64,000 bases of DNA, taken from Chloroflexota bacterium. Lineage in GTDB: Bacteria > Chloroflexota > UBA11872 > VXNJ01. A model generated the notes under the pieces. The model ran no database searches. It saw only the letters and a program-made list of their open reading frames with translations, and was not told where the DNA came from. The stretch's first letter is position 1; each line of letters begins with the position of its first letter. The translations under genes were made by a program, and so were the position numbers. The DNA lies in the NCBI GenBank assembly GCA_965208775.1, contig OZ242360.1, forward strand, positions 3,037,404 through 3,101,403, given 5' to 3'. This document shows, in pieces, positions 28,346-36,933 of the stretch.

Positions 28346-29719
28346 TTGCAAGAACCTGTCGTAACCGAAGCGAGAACCACGGACCGAGAACTCCTCGACT
28401 TCGTGATGCGGACGCCGAGGTGGTTCTTCGGCTCGACGGTGGTGTTTGGGGTGATCCTGGCCGCCGGATTCGCGGTGTTCATCCTGCTGCTGATGTTCGG
28501 GTTGCAGTATTTCGGCTACTCGCATCCGGTGTACTGGAGTTTCCCGATCGTCAACCTGGTGTTCTGGATCGGCATCAGCCATGCAGGAATCATGGTCTCG
28601 GCGATTTTGAGGCTCTCGCAGGCGGAATGGCGCAGGCCGGTCACGCGAGCGGCTGAGGTGCTAACGATCTTCTCGCTACTAACCGCGATGCTGATGCCGA
28701 TAGTGCACAGCGGACGCCCCTGGCGAACGCTGTATTGGGAGTTTCCCTACGACTGGATTCGGGGCGCGTGGCCGAACCCGAGGTCGCCGCTGGTATGGGA
28801 CCCGTCGGCGATATTCACCTACCTGCTGTCCACGCTGATGTTCGTCTACATCGCGCTGCTGCCCGACCTGGCGCTGGCGCGGGACAAAGCCAGCGACCCC
28901 GTCCGGCGCGTCCTCTTTACGATTCTTGCGATGGGATTCCGGGGAACGTCGCGGCAGTGGCGAATCCAGGCAATTGCCGGGATTCTGCTTTCGGCGATCA
29001 TCCTGCCGATCTTCGTATCGGTGCACTCGATAGTTTCATGGGACTTTGCGGTGACGTCACTGCCGGGCTGGCACAACACGGTGTTCGCACCTTACTTCGT
29101 AATCGGGGCAGTGCATTCGGGTGTATCGGCAGTTGTGACGGTGACGATAGTTCTAAGAAAGATCCTGAAGCTCGAAAACTACATCAAGGCCGACCACATC
29201 GACTCGCTGGCGCGGCTGCTGATCGCGGTCGCGGTGACGTGGGGGTTCTTCCTGTTTCTGGACTTCGGCTTCGGACTTTACGGGGAAGAGCCGGCCGAGG
29301 TGGCGACGTGGATGAAGCGTACCTTCGAGATGCCGTGGCTGATACTCGCGCCGATATTCATATTCACGGCGTTCCTGTTCCCCGTGCCGATGTGGCTGTT
29401 CAGGAACGTCCGCCGGAGCTTCAAGTGGATGTTTATAACCACGGTTTCGGTGAACATTGGCATGTGGCTCGAGCGTTATCTGCTTATCGTTCCGGGGCTA
29501 GAGCGCAAGTCGGACCTGCAGTTCGTTTACGGTGAGTTCACACCATCCTGGGGAGAGGGAATAATCGTTACGGCGTCGTTCGCGCTGGTGATGCTGGGCG
29601 TGCTGACGTTTGCGAAATTGCTGCCGATAATCCCGGCGGCGGATGTTAAAGAGGGTCAAATCTTGGCTGAGAAATTCGCGGTCGGCAAGACCGACGTGCC
29701 CGCCGCGATGCGCGAGTAG
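28346..29719 (+). CDS. actF: Second NrfD-like polytopic membrane subunit (ActF-like)
   Basis: 457 aa, polytopic and paralogous to the preceding ORF. An alternative ATG lies at 28406. Confidence 0.6.
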   Translation: MQEPVVTEARTTDRELLDFVMRTPRWFFGSTVVFGVILAAGFAVFILLLMFGLQYFGYSHPVYWSFPIVNLVFWIGISHAGIMVSAILRLSQAEWRRPVTRAAEVLTIFSLLTAMLMPIVHSGRPWRTLYWEFPYDWIRGAWPNPRSPLVWDPSAIFTYLLSTLMFVYIALLPDLALARDKASDPVRRVLFTILAMGFRGTSRQWRIQAIAGILLSAIILPIFVSVHSIVSWDFAVTSLPGWHNTVFAPYFVIGAVHSGVSAVVTVTIVLRKILKLENYIKADHIDSLARLLIAVAVTWGFFLFLDFGFGLYGEEPAEVATWMKRTFEMPWLILAPIFIFTAFLFPVPMWLFRNVRRSFKWMFITTVSVNIGMWLERYLLIVPGLERKSDLQFVYGEFTPSWGEGIIVTASFALVMLGVLTFAKLLPIIPAADVKEGQILAEKFAVGKTDVPAAMRE

Positions 29720-29733
29720 AGGAGTTCTAGGGA

Positions 29734-30288
29734 ATGGCAGCGGAACAGCGACGCGAGCTCCTCGGGCTGTTCGAGGAGCCCAATGAGGCGGCTGACGCGT
29801 TCACCCGCTTGAGGGAAGCCGGGTTCGGCGATACCGACCTCGAAGTAATTAGCAGCACCCCGTATCCGGAAGGGGCGTTCGGCGAAGCTCACATCAAGCA
29901 TCGGCTGTTCACGTTTCCGTTCGCGGGAGCGATTTGCGGGCTTGTGATCGGAACCGCCTGGGTTGTGGGCGCGCAGATTTCGGAACCTTTGGTAACCGGC
30001 GGAAAGCCCATCGTGGCGGTTCCGGCGATTATCCAGATTCTGTACGAGGGCACGCTTCTGGCGGCGGTGATTTTCACCGTCATAGGAATTCTGTTCGAGT
30101 CACGACTCCCCGACGGTGTGGGACTCTATGACAAGCGCATTTCGGACGGCTACATCGGCGTGTCGGTTCTCGCGACCGATCCGAAGATGCTGGCTGCCAG
30201 GCAGTCTCTGGAACAGGCGGGGGCGGTCGACATCATAGCCAAAGACGGAAGCATCATGAGTTCGCCACAGGGGTCGACGGCTTCGTGA
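29734..30288 (+). CDS. actD: ACIII subunit ActD (DUF3341-like)
   Basis: 184 aa with a soluble N-terminal part followed by two TM helices (FAGAICGLVIGTAWVVGA; IIQILYEGTLLAAVIFTVIGILF). It sits between the NrfD-like and monoheme subunits. Confidence 0.6.
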   Translation: MAAEQRRELLGLFEEPNEAADAFTRLREAGFGDTDLEVISSTPYPEGAFGEAHIKHRLFTFPFAGAICGLVIGTAWVVGAQISEPLVTGGKPIVAVPAIIQILYEGTLLAAVIFTVIGILFESRLPDGVGLYDKRISDGYIGVSVLATDPKMLAARQSLEQAGAVDIIAKDGSIMSSPQGSTAS

Positions 30289-30839
30289 CGATGCGCTCAC
30301 TCGGGCGCGCGCGAATACTGCTCGCGGGCGCACTTGCCGTTTTTGCGGGCATTTTGCTGATGGCCTGCGAGTCGGGCGCTTACCCATTCGACATCTTCCC
30401 GGAAATGCACTATCAGCAGTCGAACAGACCGGGCGAACCCCCACTCGTCCAGCAGGTGGAGGGAAGCGTACCGACGACTGGCCGTGAATCGGTCTTGGAG
30501 TTCACGCAATTGTCGGAGCAAGAGAATCCGGCTGGGGCGACGCTCGAGTCGATTGTCGAGGGGCAAGAGCTGTTTCGAGTCAACTGCGCGATGTGTCACG
30601 GTGCAGACGCCGACGGGGTCAGTCAGGTAGCTCCACGATTCGTAAATGCCGGAGTTCGCGCTCCTCCTAACCTTCGAGAGGGTTTAGCCCTGGTGTCGCC
30701 CGACGGGTGGATCTTCGCCGTCATCACGCATGGCATAGGCAACATGCCGTCTCAGCAACGGCTGCTCACGCCGGCGGAGCGATGGGCCATCGTGAATTAT
30801 CTGAGGTCGCTCCAGGCCGGCGATCGGGTGGAAGGATAG
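30285..30839 (+). CDS. actE: ACIII subunit ActE, monoheme cytochrome c lipoprotein
   Basis: A single CAMCH motif. A signal peptide with a lipobox (LLMAC). There is a 4-nt overlap with actD. Confidence 0.7.
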   Translation: MTMRSLGRARILLAGALAVFAGILLMACESGAYPFDIFPEMHYQQSNRPGEPPLVQQVEGSVPTTGRESVLEFTQLSEQENPAGATLESIVEGQELFRVNCAMCHGADADGVSQVAPRFVNAGVRAPPNLREGLALVSPDGWIFAVITHGIGNMPSQQRLLTPAERWAIVNYLRSLQAGDRVEG

Positions 30840-30909
30840 TACGCAGCTTCGACCATAGTCCGCTTACGAGATCCGTTGTGCTCGATTGCGGCCTATCCGT
30901 GACCTCCGT

Positions 30910-32679
30910 ATGATTCGGAACGTGGAATCGAAGCTGCATGACGTTGTAATAGTTGGCGGCGGCGGCGCCGGACTCCGCGCCGCGATCGCGGCGGCCGAAG
31001 TCGATCCGGGGCTCGACATCGCGGTCGTCTCCAAGGTCTATCCGATGCGCAGCCACACCGTGGCGGCCGAGGGTGGAATGGCCGCGGCCATCAAGGAAAA
31101 CGACAGCTTCGAGCACCATATCTACGACACGATAAGCGGTTCGGACTGGTTGGCCGACCAGGACGCCGTTGAGCTGTTCGTCAAGGAGGCGCCGGACGAG
31201 CTGATACAGCTCGAACACTGGGGCTGCCCCTGGAGCAGGGAACCGAACGGCACGGTAGCGGTCCGCCCATTCGGCGGCATGAGGATTCAACGGACGTGGT
31301 TCGCGGCTGACAAGACCGGATTCCATGTACTCCACTCGCTGTTTCAGACGACGATGAAATACGCGAGCGTGAACCGCTACGACGAATGGTTCGCGCTCGA
31401 CTTGCTGGTCGATGACGGCCAGTGCCAGGGCGTGGCGGCTATCGAGTTGCGGAGCGGTGAGGTCAAGGCCATTCTGGGGAAGGCGGTCATCATCTGTACG
31501 GGCGGCGGCGGACGCGTCTTCCCGTTTACGACCAACGCGGCCATCAAGACGGGCGACGGTATGACGCTGGCTTATCGAGCGGGCGTGGCGCTGAAGGATA
31601 TGGAGTTCGTTCAATATCACCCAACCGGCCTGCCGGGAACGGGCATATTGATTACCGAGGCGGCCCGGGGCGAGGGCGGAATCCTCGTCAACAAGAACGG
31701 CCGCCGATATCTACAGGACTACAACTTGGGGCGGCCGCTGGACATTACCGATCCCAATCACCCGCAGAACAGAACAATGGAGCTTGGCCCGCGCGATCGG
31801 CTTTCGCAGGCGTTCATCCTCGAAGAGCAAAAGGGGAACGTGATGCAGGGAGAGTACGGAAGCTACGTGCATCTCGACGTTCGGCATCTGGGCGAGAAGC
31901 TGATCGACTCCAAGTTGCCGTTCGTTCGGGAGCTTGCGCTCAACTATGGGGGCATCGATCCCGTAAGCGAGCCTATACCCGTGCGACCGGTAGTCCACTA
32001 CATGATGGGTGGAATAGATACGGACATTCGGGGGGCGACTTCGCTGCCGGGTCTATTCGCGGCGGGAGAATGCGCTTGCGTGAGCATCAACGGCGCGAAC
32101 CGGCTCGGCTCGAACTCCTTAACTGAATTGTTGGTTTTCGGTGCGCGGGCGGGGCACGACGCGGCGGCGCTCGCCGCAGGGTCGGAGATCGGCGATGTCC
32201 AGGCGCTGGAGGCTCAGGCTGCCGCTTCGGAGTCACGGGTTCGAGGGCTTGTTTCGAATGGGAATCAGGGTACAGAGAGGATTGCAGATATCCGTCAGGA
32301 GATGACCACGGCCATGGAAGCCGGCGCGGGCATCTATCGCACGGAGGAGTCGCTGCGCGCTGCGTGCCACAAGTTGGTAGAGCTGCGCGACCGGTTCGGA
32401 AACGTGAACCTGGACGACAGCGGATTGCGGTACAACACCGAACTGGTCGCCGCTTTGGAGCTGGACTGCATGCTGGACGTGGCGCAGTCGGTGGCTTTTT
32501 CGGCTCTCGCGAGGAAGGAATCGCGAGGGTCTCATCAGCGCACCGATTATCCCGACCGCGATGATGACGGCTACCTGAAGCACTCGCTTGCCTACCGCGA
32601 GGATGACGCTCCGCGCATCGAATACAAACCGGTGACCATCACGAAATGGCCGCCGGCAGCCCGGGTATACGGCAGTTGA
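30910..32679 (+). CDS. sdhA: Succinate dehydrogenase / fumarate reductase flavoprotein subunit
   Basis: [18 protein letters not shown] fold. [10 protein letters not shown] with the covalent-FAD His. [10 protein letters not shown]. Length ~590 aa. It starts 70 nt after actE. Confidence 0.85.
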   Translation: MIRNVESKLHDVVIVGGGGAGLRAAIAAAEVDPGLDIAVVSKVYPMRSHTVAAEGGMAAAIKENDSFEHHIYDTISGSDWLADQDAVELFVKEAPDELIQLEHWGCPWSREPNGTVAVRPFGGMRIQRTWFAADKTGFHVLHSLFQTTMKYASVNRYDEWFALDLLVDDGQCQGVAAIELRSGEVKAILGKAVIICTGGGGRVFPFTTNAAIKTGDGMTLAYRAGVALKDMEFVQYHPTGLPGTGILITEAARGEGGILVNKNGRRYLQDYNLGRPLDITDPNHPQNRTMELGPRDRLSQAFILEEQKGNVMQGEYGSYVHLDVRHLGEKLIDSKLPFVRELALNYGGIDPVSEPIPVRPVVHYMMGGIDTDIRGATSLPGLFAAGECACVSINGANRLGSNSLTELLVFGARAGHDAAALAAGSEIGDVQALEAQAAASESRVRGLVSNGNQGTERIADIRQEMTTAMEAGAGIYRTEESLRAACHKLVELRDRFGNVNLDDSGLRYNTELVAALELDCMLDVAQSVAFSALARKESRGSHQRTDYPDRDDDGYLKHSLAYREDDAPRIEYKPVTITKWPPAARVYGS

Positions 32680-32734
32680 TTACGAGGATTGCGCCAGTCT
32701 CTTGCCGCAGCGCCGGCGCTCGGCAGGTCAGCCA

Positions 32735-33478
32735 ATGGTAGACAGCATCACGCTAGAAGTATTCCGGTATTCGCCGGACTCCGGCCGCGACTCATTTCAA
32801 AGCTACGAGGTTGAGTTTCGCGACGACTGGGTCGTTCTGGACGCGCTGAATTTCATCAAGGACCACATTGACGGGACACTCTCCTACCGCTGGTCGTGCC
32901 GGATGGGCGTCTGCGGCTCGTGCGGAATGATGGTCAACGGCTACCCGGTGCTCTCGTGCAGCGCTTTTCTGAGGGATTACCTGCCGGGGCCCGTGCGGGT
33001 AGAGCCTCTGAATAACTTCGAAGTCGAGCGGGACCTGATCATCGATTTCGACGATTTCCTAGAAAAGCTGCACAGCGTCAAACCGTGGCTGGTGCGTGAG
33101 ACCGAGGCTCCGGTCGAGGCAGGCGAATATCTGCAAACGCCTGCCGAGCTGGCGAGCTACAAGCAGTACACGATGTGCATCAATTGCATGTTGTGCTATG
33201 CCGCTTGTCCCGTTGCCGGGCACGATCCTGAGTTCATCGGTCCGGCGGCCCTGGCGCTGGCGCACCGCTACAACATGGACTCCCGCGACCAAGGGCGCGA
33301 ACAGAGACTGGATATCTTGCTGAGCAACGAAGGAATCTGGGACTGCACGTTCGTGGGCGAGTGCTCGGTGGTGTGTCCAAAGCACGTCGATCCCGCCGGG
33401 GCGATACAGCAGTCCAAAGTTTCCGGAATAGTGGACTATTACAAGTCGTTCCTCACGCCGTGGATGGCGAGAAAGTGA
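32735..33478 (+). CDS. sdhB: Succinate dehydrogenase / fumarate reductase iron-sulfur subunit
   Basis: 2Fe-2S motif [15 protein letters not shown]. 4Fe-4S motifs [12 protein letters not shown] and [12 protein letters not shown]. Confidence 0.85.
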   Translation: MVDSITLEVFRYSPDSGRDSFQSYEVEFRDDWVVLDALNFIKDHIDGTLSYRWSCRMGVCGSCGMMVNGYPVLSCSAFLRDYLPGPVRVEPLNNFEVERDLIIDFDDFLEKLHSVKPWLVRETEAPVEAGEYLQTPAELASYKQYTMCINCMLCYAACPVAGHDPEFIGPAALALAHRYNMDSRDQGREQRLDILLSNEGIWDCTFVGECSVVCPKHVDPAGAIQQSKVSGIVDYYKSFLTPWMARK

Positions 33479-33858
33479 CCGGCAGGCTACGCCGCTCGAT
33501 GGGCGCCTTGTGGTGGACCGCCCGCGGCAGCTATTTGTTGGTCTTTCTGCGTGAAGTCTCGTCGGTGTTCATTGCGGCGTACGTGGTATTGCTGATCATC
33601 CTGATAGCCAAGGCCGGGGGCGACGAGGCTTCATACGAGTCGTATTTCGAGTTGTTTACCTCGCCGGGAATGCTGGTGCTTCACGTGGTCGCCTTTCTGT
33701 TCTCGTTGCTGCATACCATCACGTTCTTCAATTTGATACCCAAGGGATTGTCGGTTCGTTTGGGCGAAGAGCCGGTACCGCCCGCGCTGATCTCCGGTCC
33801 GAACTACGCCGCGTGGGGCGTGGTCTCCGTAATCGTGTTGCTGGTGATACTGCTGTGA
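33475..33858 (+). CDS. sdhC: Frd/Sdh membrane anchor subunit C (FrdC-like, ~127 aa)
   Basis: Three TM helices. A GTG start overlaps the sdhB stop (GTGA). An alternative ATG lies at 33499. Confidence 0.55.
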   Translation: MTGRLRRSMGALWWTARGSYLLVFLREVSSVFIAAYVVLLIILIAKAGGDEASYESYFELFTSPGMLVLHVVAFLFSLLHTITFFNLIPKGLSVRLGEEPVPPALISGPNYAAWGVVSVIVLLVILL

Positions 33859-34208
33859 GAGGATCGAGCGAGGCCTTCTGGTGGTCGCTGTTTTCCGCCG
33901 GGAGCGTCGTGGCGGCGATGCTGATTCCGGTTCTAATCTTCGCAACGGCGCTTGCTCCGGGATTTGGTTGGAGCGTCTTCAGCGACGCGCTTTCTTACGG
34001 CGAAATCAGGGGCCTGCTGGGCAATCCGCTTGTCAAGATCGTGTTGTTTGCGGGGATATCGCTTGTGCTTTTCTTCGCGGTACATCGCATTCGCCACCTG
34101 ATGATCGACTTGCACTTCCCGTTGCCCAGTCTGCCGCTCACGGCTGTCAGCTATCTGTCGGCGGCTGCGGGAGTGGTGCTGACGGCGATCCTGCTCTGGA
34201 GGGTCTGA
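33855..34208 (+). CDS. sdhD: Frd/Sdh membrane anchor subunit D (FrdD-like, ~117 aa)
   Basis: Three TM helices. A GTG start overlaps the previous stop (GTGA). The pairing of two small anchors resembles the E. coli FrdCD-type. Confidence 0.55.
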   Translation: MRGSSEAFWWSLFSAGSVVAAMLIPVLIFATALAPGFGWSVFSDALSYGEIRGLLGNPLVKIVLFAGISLVLFFAVHRIRHLMIDLHFPLPSLPLTAVSYLSAAAGVVLTAILLWRV

Positions 34209-34334
34209 GGGCGAGGGTCTCATTTGGACCACCGGGGAGCGGTAGATTCCTCGCTCCGCTCGGAATGGCAGAGTCGCGAGTTCCTGACCGGGCATCGAGC
34301 TAAAAGGCCAGGTTTCCGGCTCTTCGAGAGCTAG

Positions 34335-35297
34335 CTATCCGGCAGCGGCAGGTGCGGCGGCGACTGGCTCCTCGGTTTTCTCGAACTCCAGGCGCGCGAT
34401 GAACTTCTCGGCTTCCATCGCGGCCATACAGCCTTCGCCGGCAGTCGTGATGGCCTGCCGAAAATAGTTGTCCTGGGCCTCGCCGGCGATGAAAATCCCT
34501 TCGACGTTGGAATGCGTCCGGTGGTCCGCGATGAGGTATCCCTCGTGGTCCATGTCCAGCTTGTTTTTGAAAATCTCGGTGTTGGGCCGGTGACCTATAT
34601 AGACGAAGACACCGCCGACGGGGAGACTCGATTCCTCGCCGGTCTTGACGTTCCTGATTCGAAGGCTCTCCACGCCGTTCGTTCCGTTGATTTCCTCGAC
34701 GACCGTGTCCCAAATGAACTCGATCTTGTCGTTCTCGTTCGCCCGATTGGTCAGGTAAGCGCCGGCGCGAAGCTGGTCGCGCCGGTGGATTATCGAGATC
34801 TTCGAGCCGAATCTGGTGAGGAATAGCGCTTCCTGCAAGGCGCTGTCGCCGCCGCCGACGACGGCGATGTGCTCGCCCCTGAAGAACGCCCCATCGCAGG
34901 TTGCGCAGTAGGAAACGCCTCGTCCCCACAGCTCCAGCTCGCCGGGAGCGCCCAGGAGTTTGGGCGACGCGCCGGTGGCCACTACAACCGCCCTGGCCTG
35001 GTATTCGGCGCCGTGGCCGGTAAGCGTGAACGGCGGTCCGTCGACGTCGATCTCGACAATCGTGTTCATCTCGAACTTGGCCCCGAACCGTTCGGCCTGT
35101 TTTCTCATGCGTTCGGTTAGCTCGGGGCCGGTAATCCCGTCGTCGAACCCGGGGTAGTTTTCAACGTCGTTGGTCGTCGCGATCTGCCCGCCAAACGCTT
35201 CGCCTATCAGAACCAAGGTGGACAGATCGGCTCTCGCGCTATAGATGGCGGCGGTGAGTCCGGCTGTTCCGGATCCGATAATCGCGAGGTCATACAT
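34335..35297 (-). CDS. trxB: Thioredoxin-disulfide reductase
   Basis: N-terminal IIGSGTAGLTAA. The redox-active motif SYCATCDG. A second dinucleotide fold is HIAVVGGGDSAL. Confidence 0.85.
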   Translation of the reverse strand: MYDLAIIGSGTAGLTAAIYSARADLSTLVLIGEAFGGQIATTNDVENYPGFDDGITGPELTERMRKQAERFGAKFEMNTIVEIDVDGPPFTLTGHGAEYQARAVVVATGASPKLLGAPGELELWGRGVSYCATCDGAFFRGEHIAVVGGGDSALQEALFLTRFGSKISIIHRRDQLRAGAYLTNRANENDKIEFIWDTVVEEINGTNGVESLRIRNVKTGEESSLPVGGVFVYIGHRPNTEIFKNKLDMDHEGYLIADHRTHSNVEGIFIAGEAQDNYFRQAITTAGEGCMAAMEAEKFIARLEFEKTEEPVAAAPAAAG

Positions 35298-35329
35298 CGA
35301 GGTCGCTCTCCTTGGGGCGGCGGCTGGGT

Positions 35330-35770
35330 TCAGCCGGTGCTGGCAGTTCCGTTTGTGAAACGGACCGATACGCCGTGCTGTTCCATCATTTCGTTAACCT
35401 GGTCGTCACGCCCCTGTCCGCCGGTCTGCAACAGGAATTCGAGAATCCACACAAACCACCGCGGCCCTCGGTCAGTGAGCAGACGGCGCAGGGCCTGGAG
35501 ATCAGACTCGTTTTCGTTGACGACGTTTTCGCCGGTTGCAGACGCCAGGGCCTCCACGCACTCACGAGCCCAATGAGACTGGCCCATGGACGGGCCGCCG
35601 AAGAAGGCGGCGACCGAGTCAGCAGTTTTTTCGATGGTCTTGAGTCTTCTTCCGCGATAGTTCTCGGTCAACGACTCGATGAGATTCCAGACCTCGTTGC
35701 GGACTTCGTTGGGTATCGACATGCCTTCGAGCGACTCGGAGTCAGTCGAGAAACCGGATTGCTCGCTCAA
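35330..35770 (-). CDS. Hypothetical protein
   Basis: 146-aa ORF with coding-like composition and no recognisable motif. It is divergent from coxG. Confidence 0.4.
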   Translation of the reverse strand: MSEQSGFSTDSESLEGMSIPNEVRNEVWNLIESLTENYRGRRLKTIEKTADSVAAFFGGPSMGQSHWARECVEALASATGENVVNENESDLQALRRLLTDRGPRWFVWILEFLLQTGGQGRDDQVNEMMEQHGVSVRFTNGTASTG

Positions 35771-35960
35771 ATTTCAATCTCCACGTCAAGTCGCGTTCAG
35801 AATCCGTGAGACGGGTATGTCGCTCTATTAGCGTAGCGCATCGACCCGCGCCAACGGTCGCCGATTTGCCAACGAGCCTGCTTTTTTTGGATGATGAAGA
35901 GCGCCTGACGAGGGCAACGCGGCCAGCGACAGTCTAGAGCGAAGGCGAGGTTTCCGCAGA

Positions 35961-36401
35961 TTGAAACTTTCAGGTGACTACACGTTTGCGGCAGACCGAG
36001 AGACGGTTTGGGACTTGCTGCACGATCCCGACGTAATCAAGTCGTGCATAAAAGGCTGCGAGTCACTCGACGAGATCGAGCCCGGGCGTTACCGCGCAGA
36101 GGTGGTAGTGGGCGTCGCGGCGGTGAAGGGACGCTATTCGGGCACGGTAGAGATCTCGGAAAAGAATGAACCCGAGTCGTATCGCATGACCGTATCCGGG
36201 CAGGGGCGTCCAGGGAAGATCGACGCTCATGGAGTAATATCGCTGCGCGACGATCAATCGGTCACGTGGTTGACGTTTGAGGGTGAAGTGAAGACGGTGG
36301 GGACGCTGGCGCGAGTCGGCTCGCGCCTGACTTCGGCGGCCGCCAAGATGTTAATCGGTCAATTCATGAAGGGCATCAACGGGCATCTGGACCCGAAGTG
36401 A
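35961..36401 (+). CDS. coxG: CoxG-like SRPBCC protein (carbon monoxide dehydrogenase subunit G family)
   Basis: 146 aa. Its position immediately upstream of coxSLM and the pattern MKLSGDYTFAADRETVWDLLHDPDVIKSCIKGCESL are typical of CoxG. Confidence 0.65.
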   Translation: MKLSGDYTFAADRETVWDLLHDPDVIKSCIKGCESLDEIEPGRYRAEVVVGVAAVKGRYSGTVEISEKNEPESYRMTVSGQGRPGKIDAHGVISLRDDQSVTWLTFEGEVKTVGTLARVGSRLTSAAAKMLIGQFMKGINGHLDPK

Positions 36402-36449
36402 CAGTAGAGGCAAGTCGAATCCGGGGCTTCCAAGGGAGGTGAGCGGCGT

Positions 36450-36911
36450 ATGAAAACATCGATATCAGTATCGGTGAACGGGACAGCGCGTGCGGCGGAA
36501 GTCGAACCGCGTCTACTCCTTGTGCACTATCTACGGGACGCACTGGGTCTCACCGGTACGCACATCGGCTGCGACACAAGTCAGTGCGGGGCTTGCACAG
36601 TGCTGGTCAATGGGCGGTCGGCGAAGTCGTGCACGATGCTGGCCGTCCAGGCCGATGGCGCGGAGGTGACGACGATCGAAGGGCTGGCGTCGGACGGTGA
36701 GCTCGATCCCGTGCAGGAGGGATTCTGGAACGAGCACGGTCTCCAGTGCGGGTTCTGCACGCCGGGCATGATCATGTCCGTCAAGGACCTACTTGACCGG
36801 AATCCTGATCCATCCGAAGACGAAATCCGAAGCGGCATCGACGGCAATATGTGCCGCTGTACCGGATACCAGAACATCATCAAAGCGGTGCAGGCCGCGG
36901 CAAAGGCCTAG
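36450..36911 (+). CDS. coxS: Xanthine-dehydrogenase-family 2Fe-2S small subunit
   Basis: Cys pattern [11 protein letters not shown] ... CGFCTPG ... CRCTGY. Confidence 0.85.
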   Translation: MKTSISVSVNGTARAAEVEPRLLLVHYLRDALGLTGTHIGCDTSQCGACTVLVNGRSAKSCTMLAVQADGAEVTTIEGLASDGELDPVQEGFWNEHGLQCGFCTPGMIMSVKDLLDRNPDPSEDEIRSGIDGNMCRCTGYQNIIKAVQAAAKA

Positions 36912-36933
36912 CAGGAACGGGAGGCTCGAAACA

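Noticed and set aside
27335-28656. Two very long alternative-frame ORFs (415 aa on the minus strand, 437 aa on the plus strand) overlapping actC/actF
   Set aside because: The translations are Arg/His/Gln/Pro-rich low-complexity sequences with no domain. They are typical high-GC antisense or off-frame artefacts of the genuine NrfD-like membrane genes.
30886-34208. Deciding between succinate dehydrogenase and fumarate reductase direction for the SdhABCD set
   Set aside because: Sequence alone, with two small haem-less anchors, does not fix the physiological direction. Co-location with ACIII favours succinate oxidation, but that is inference.
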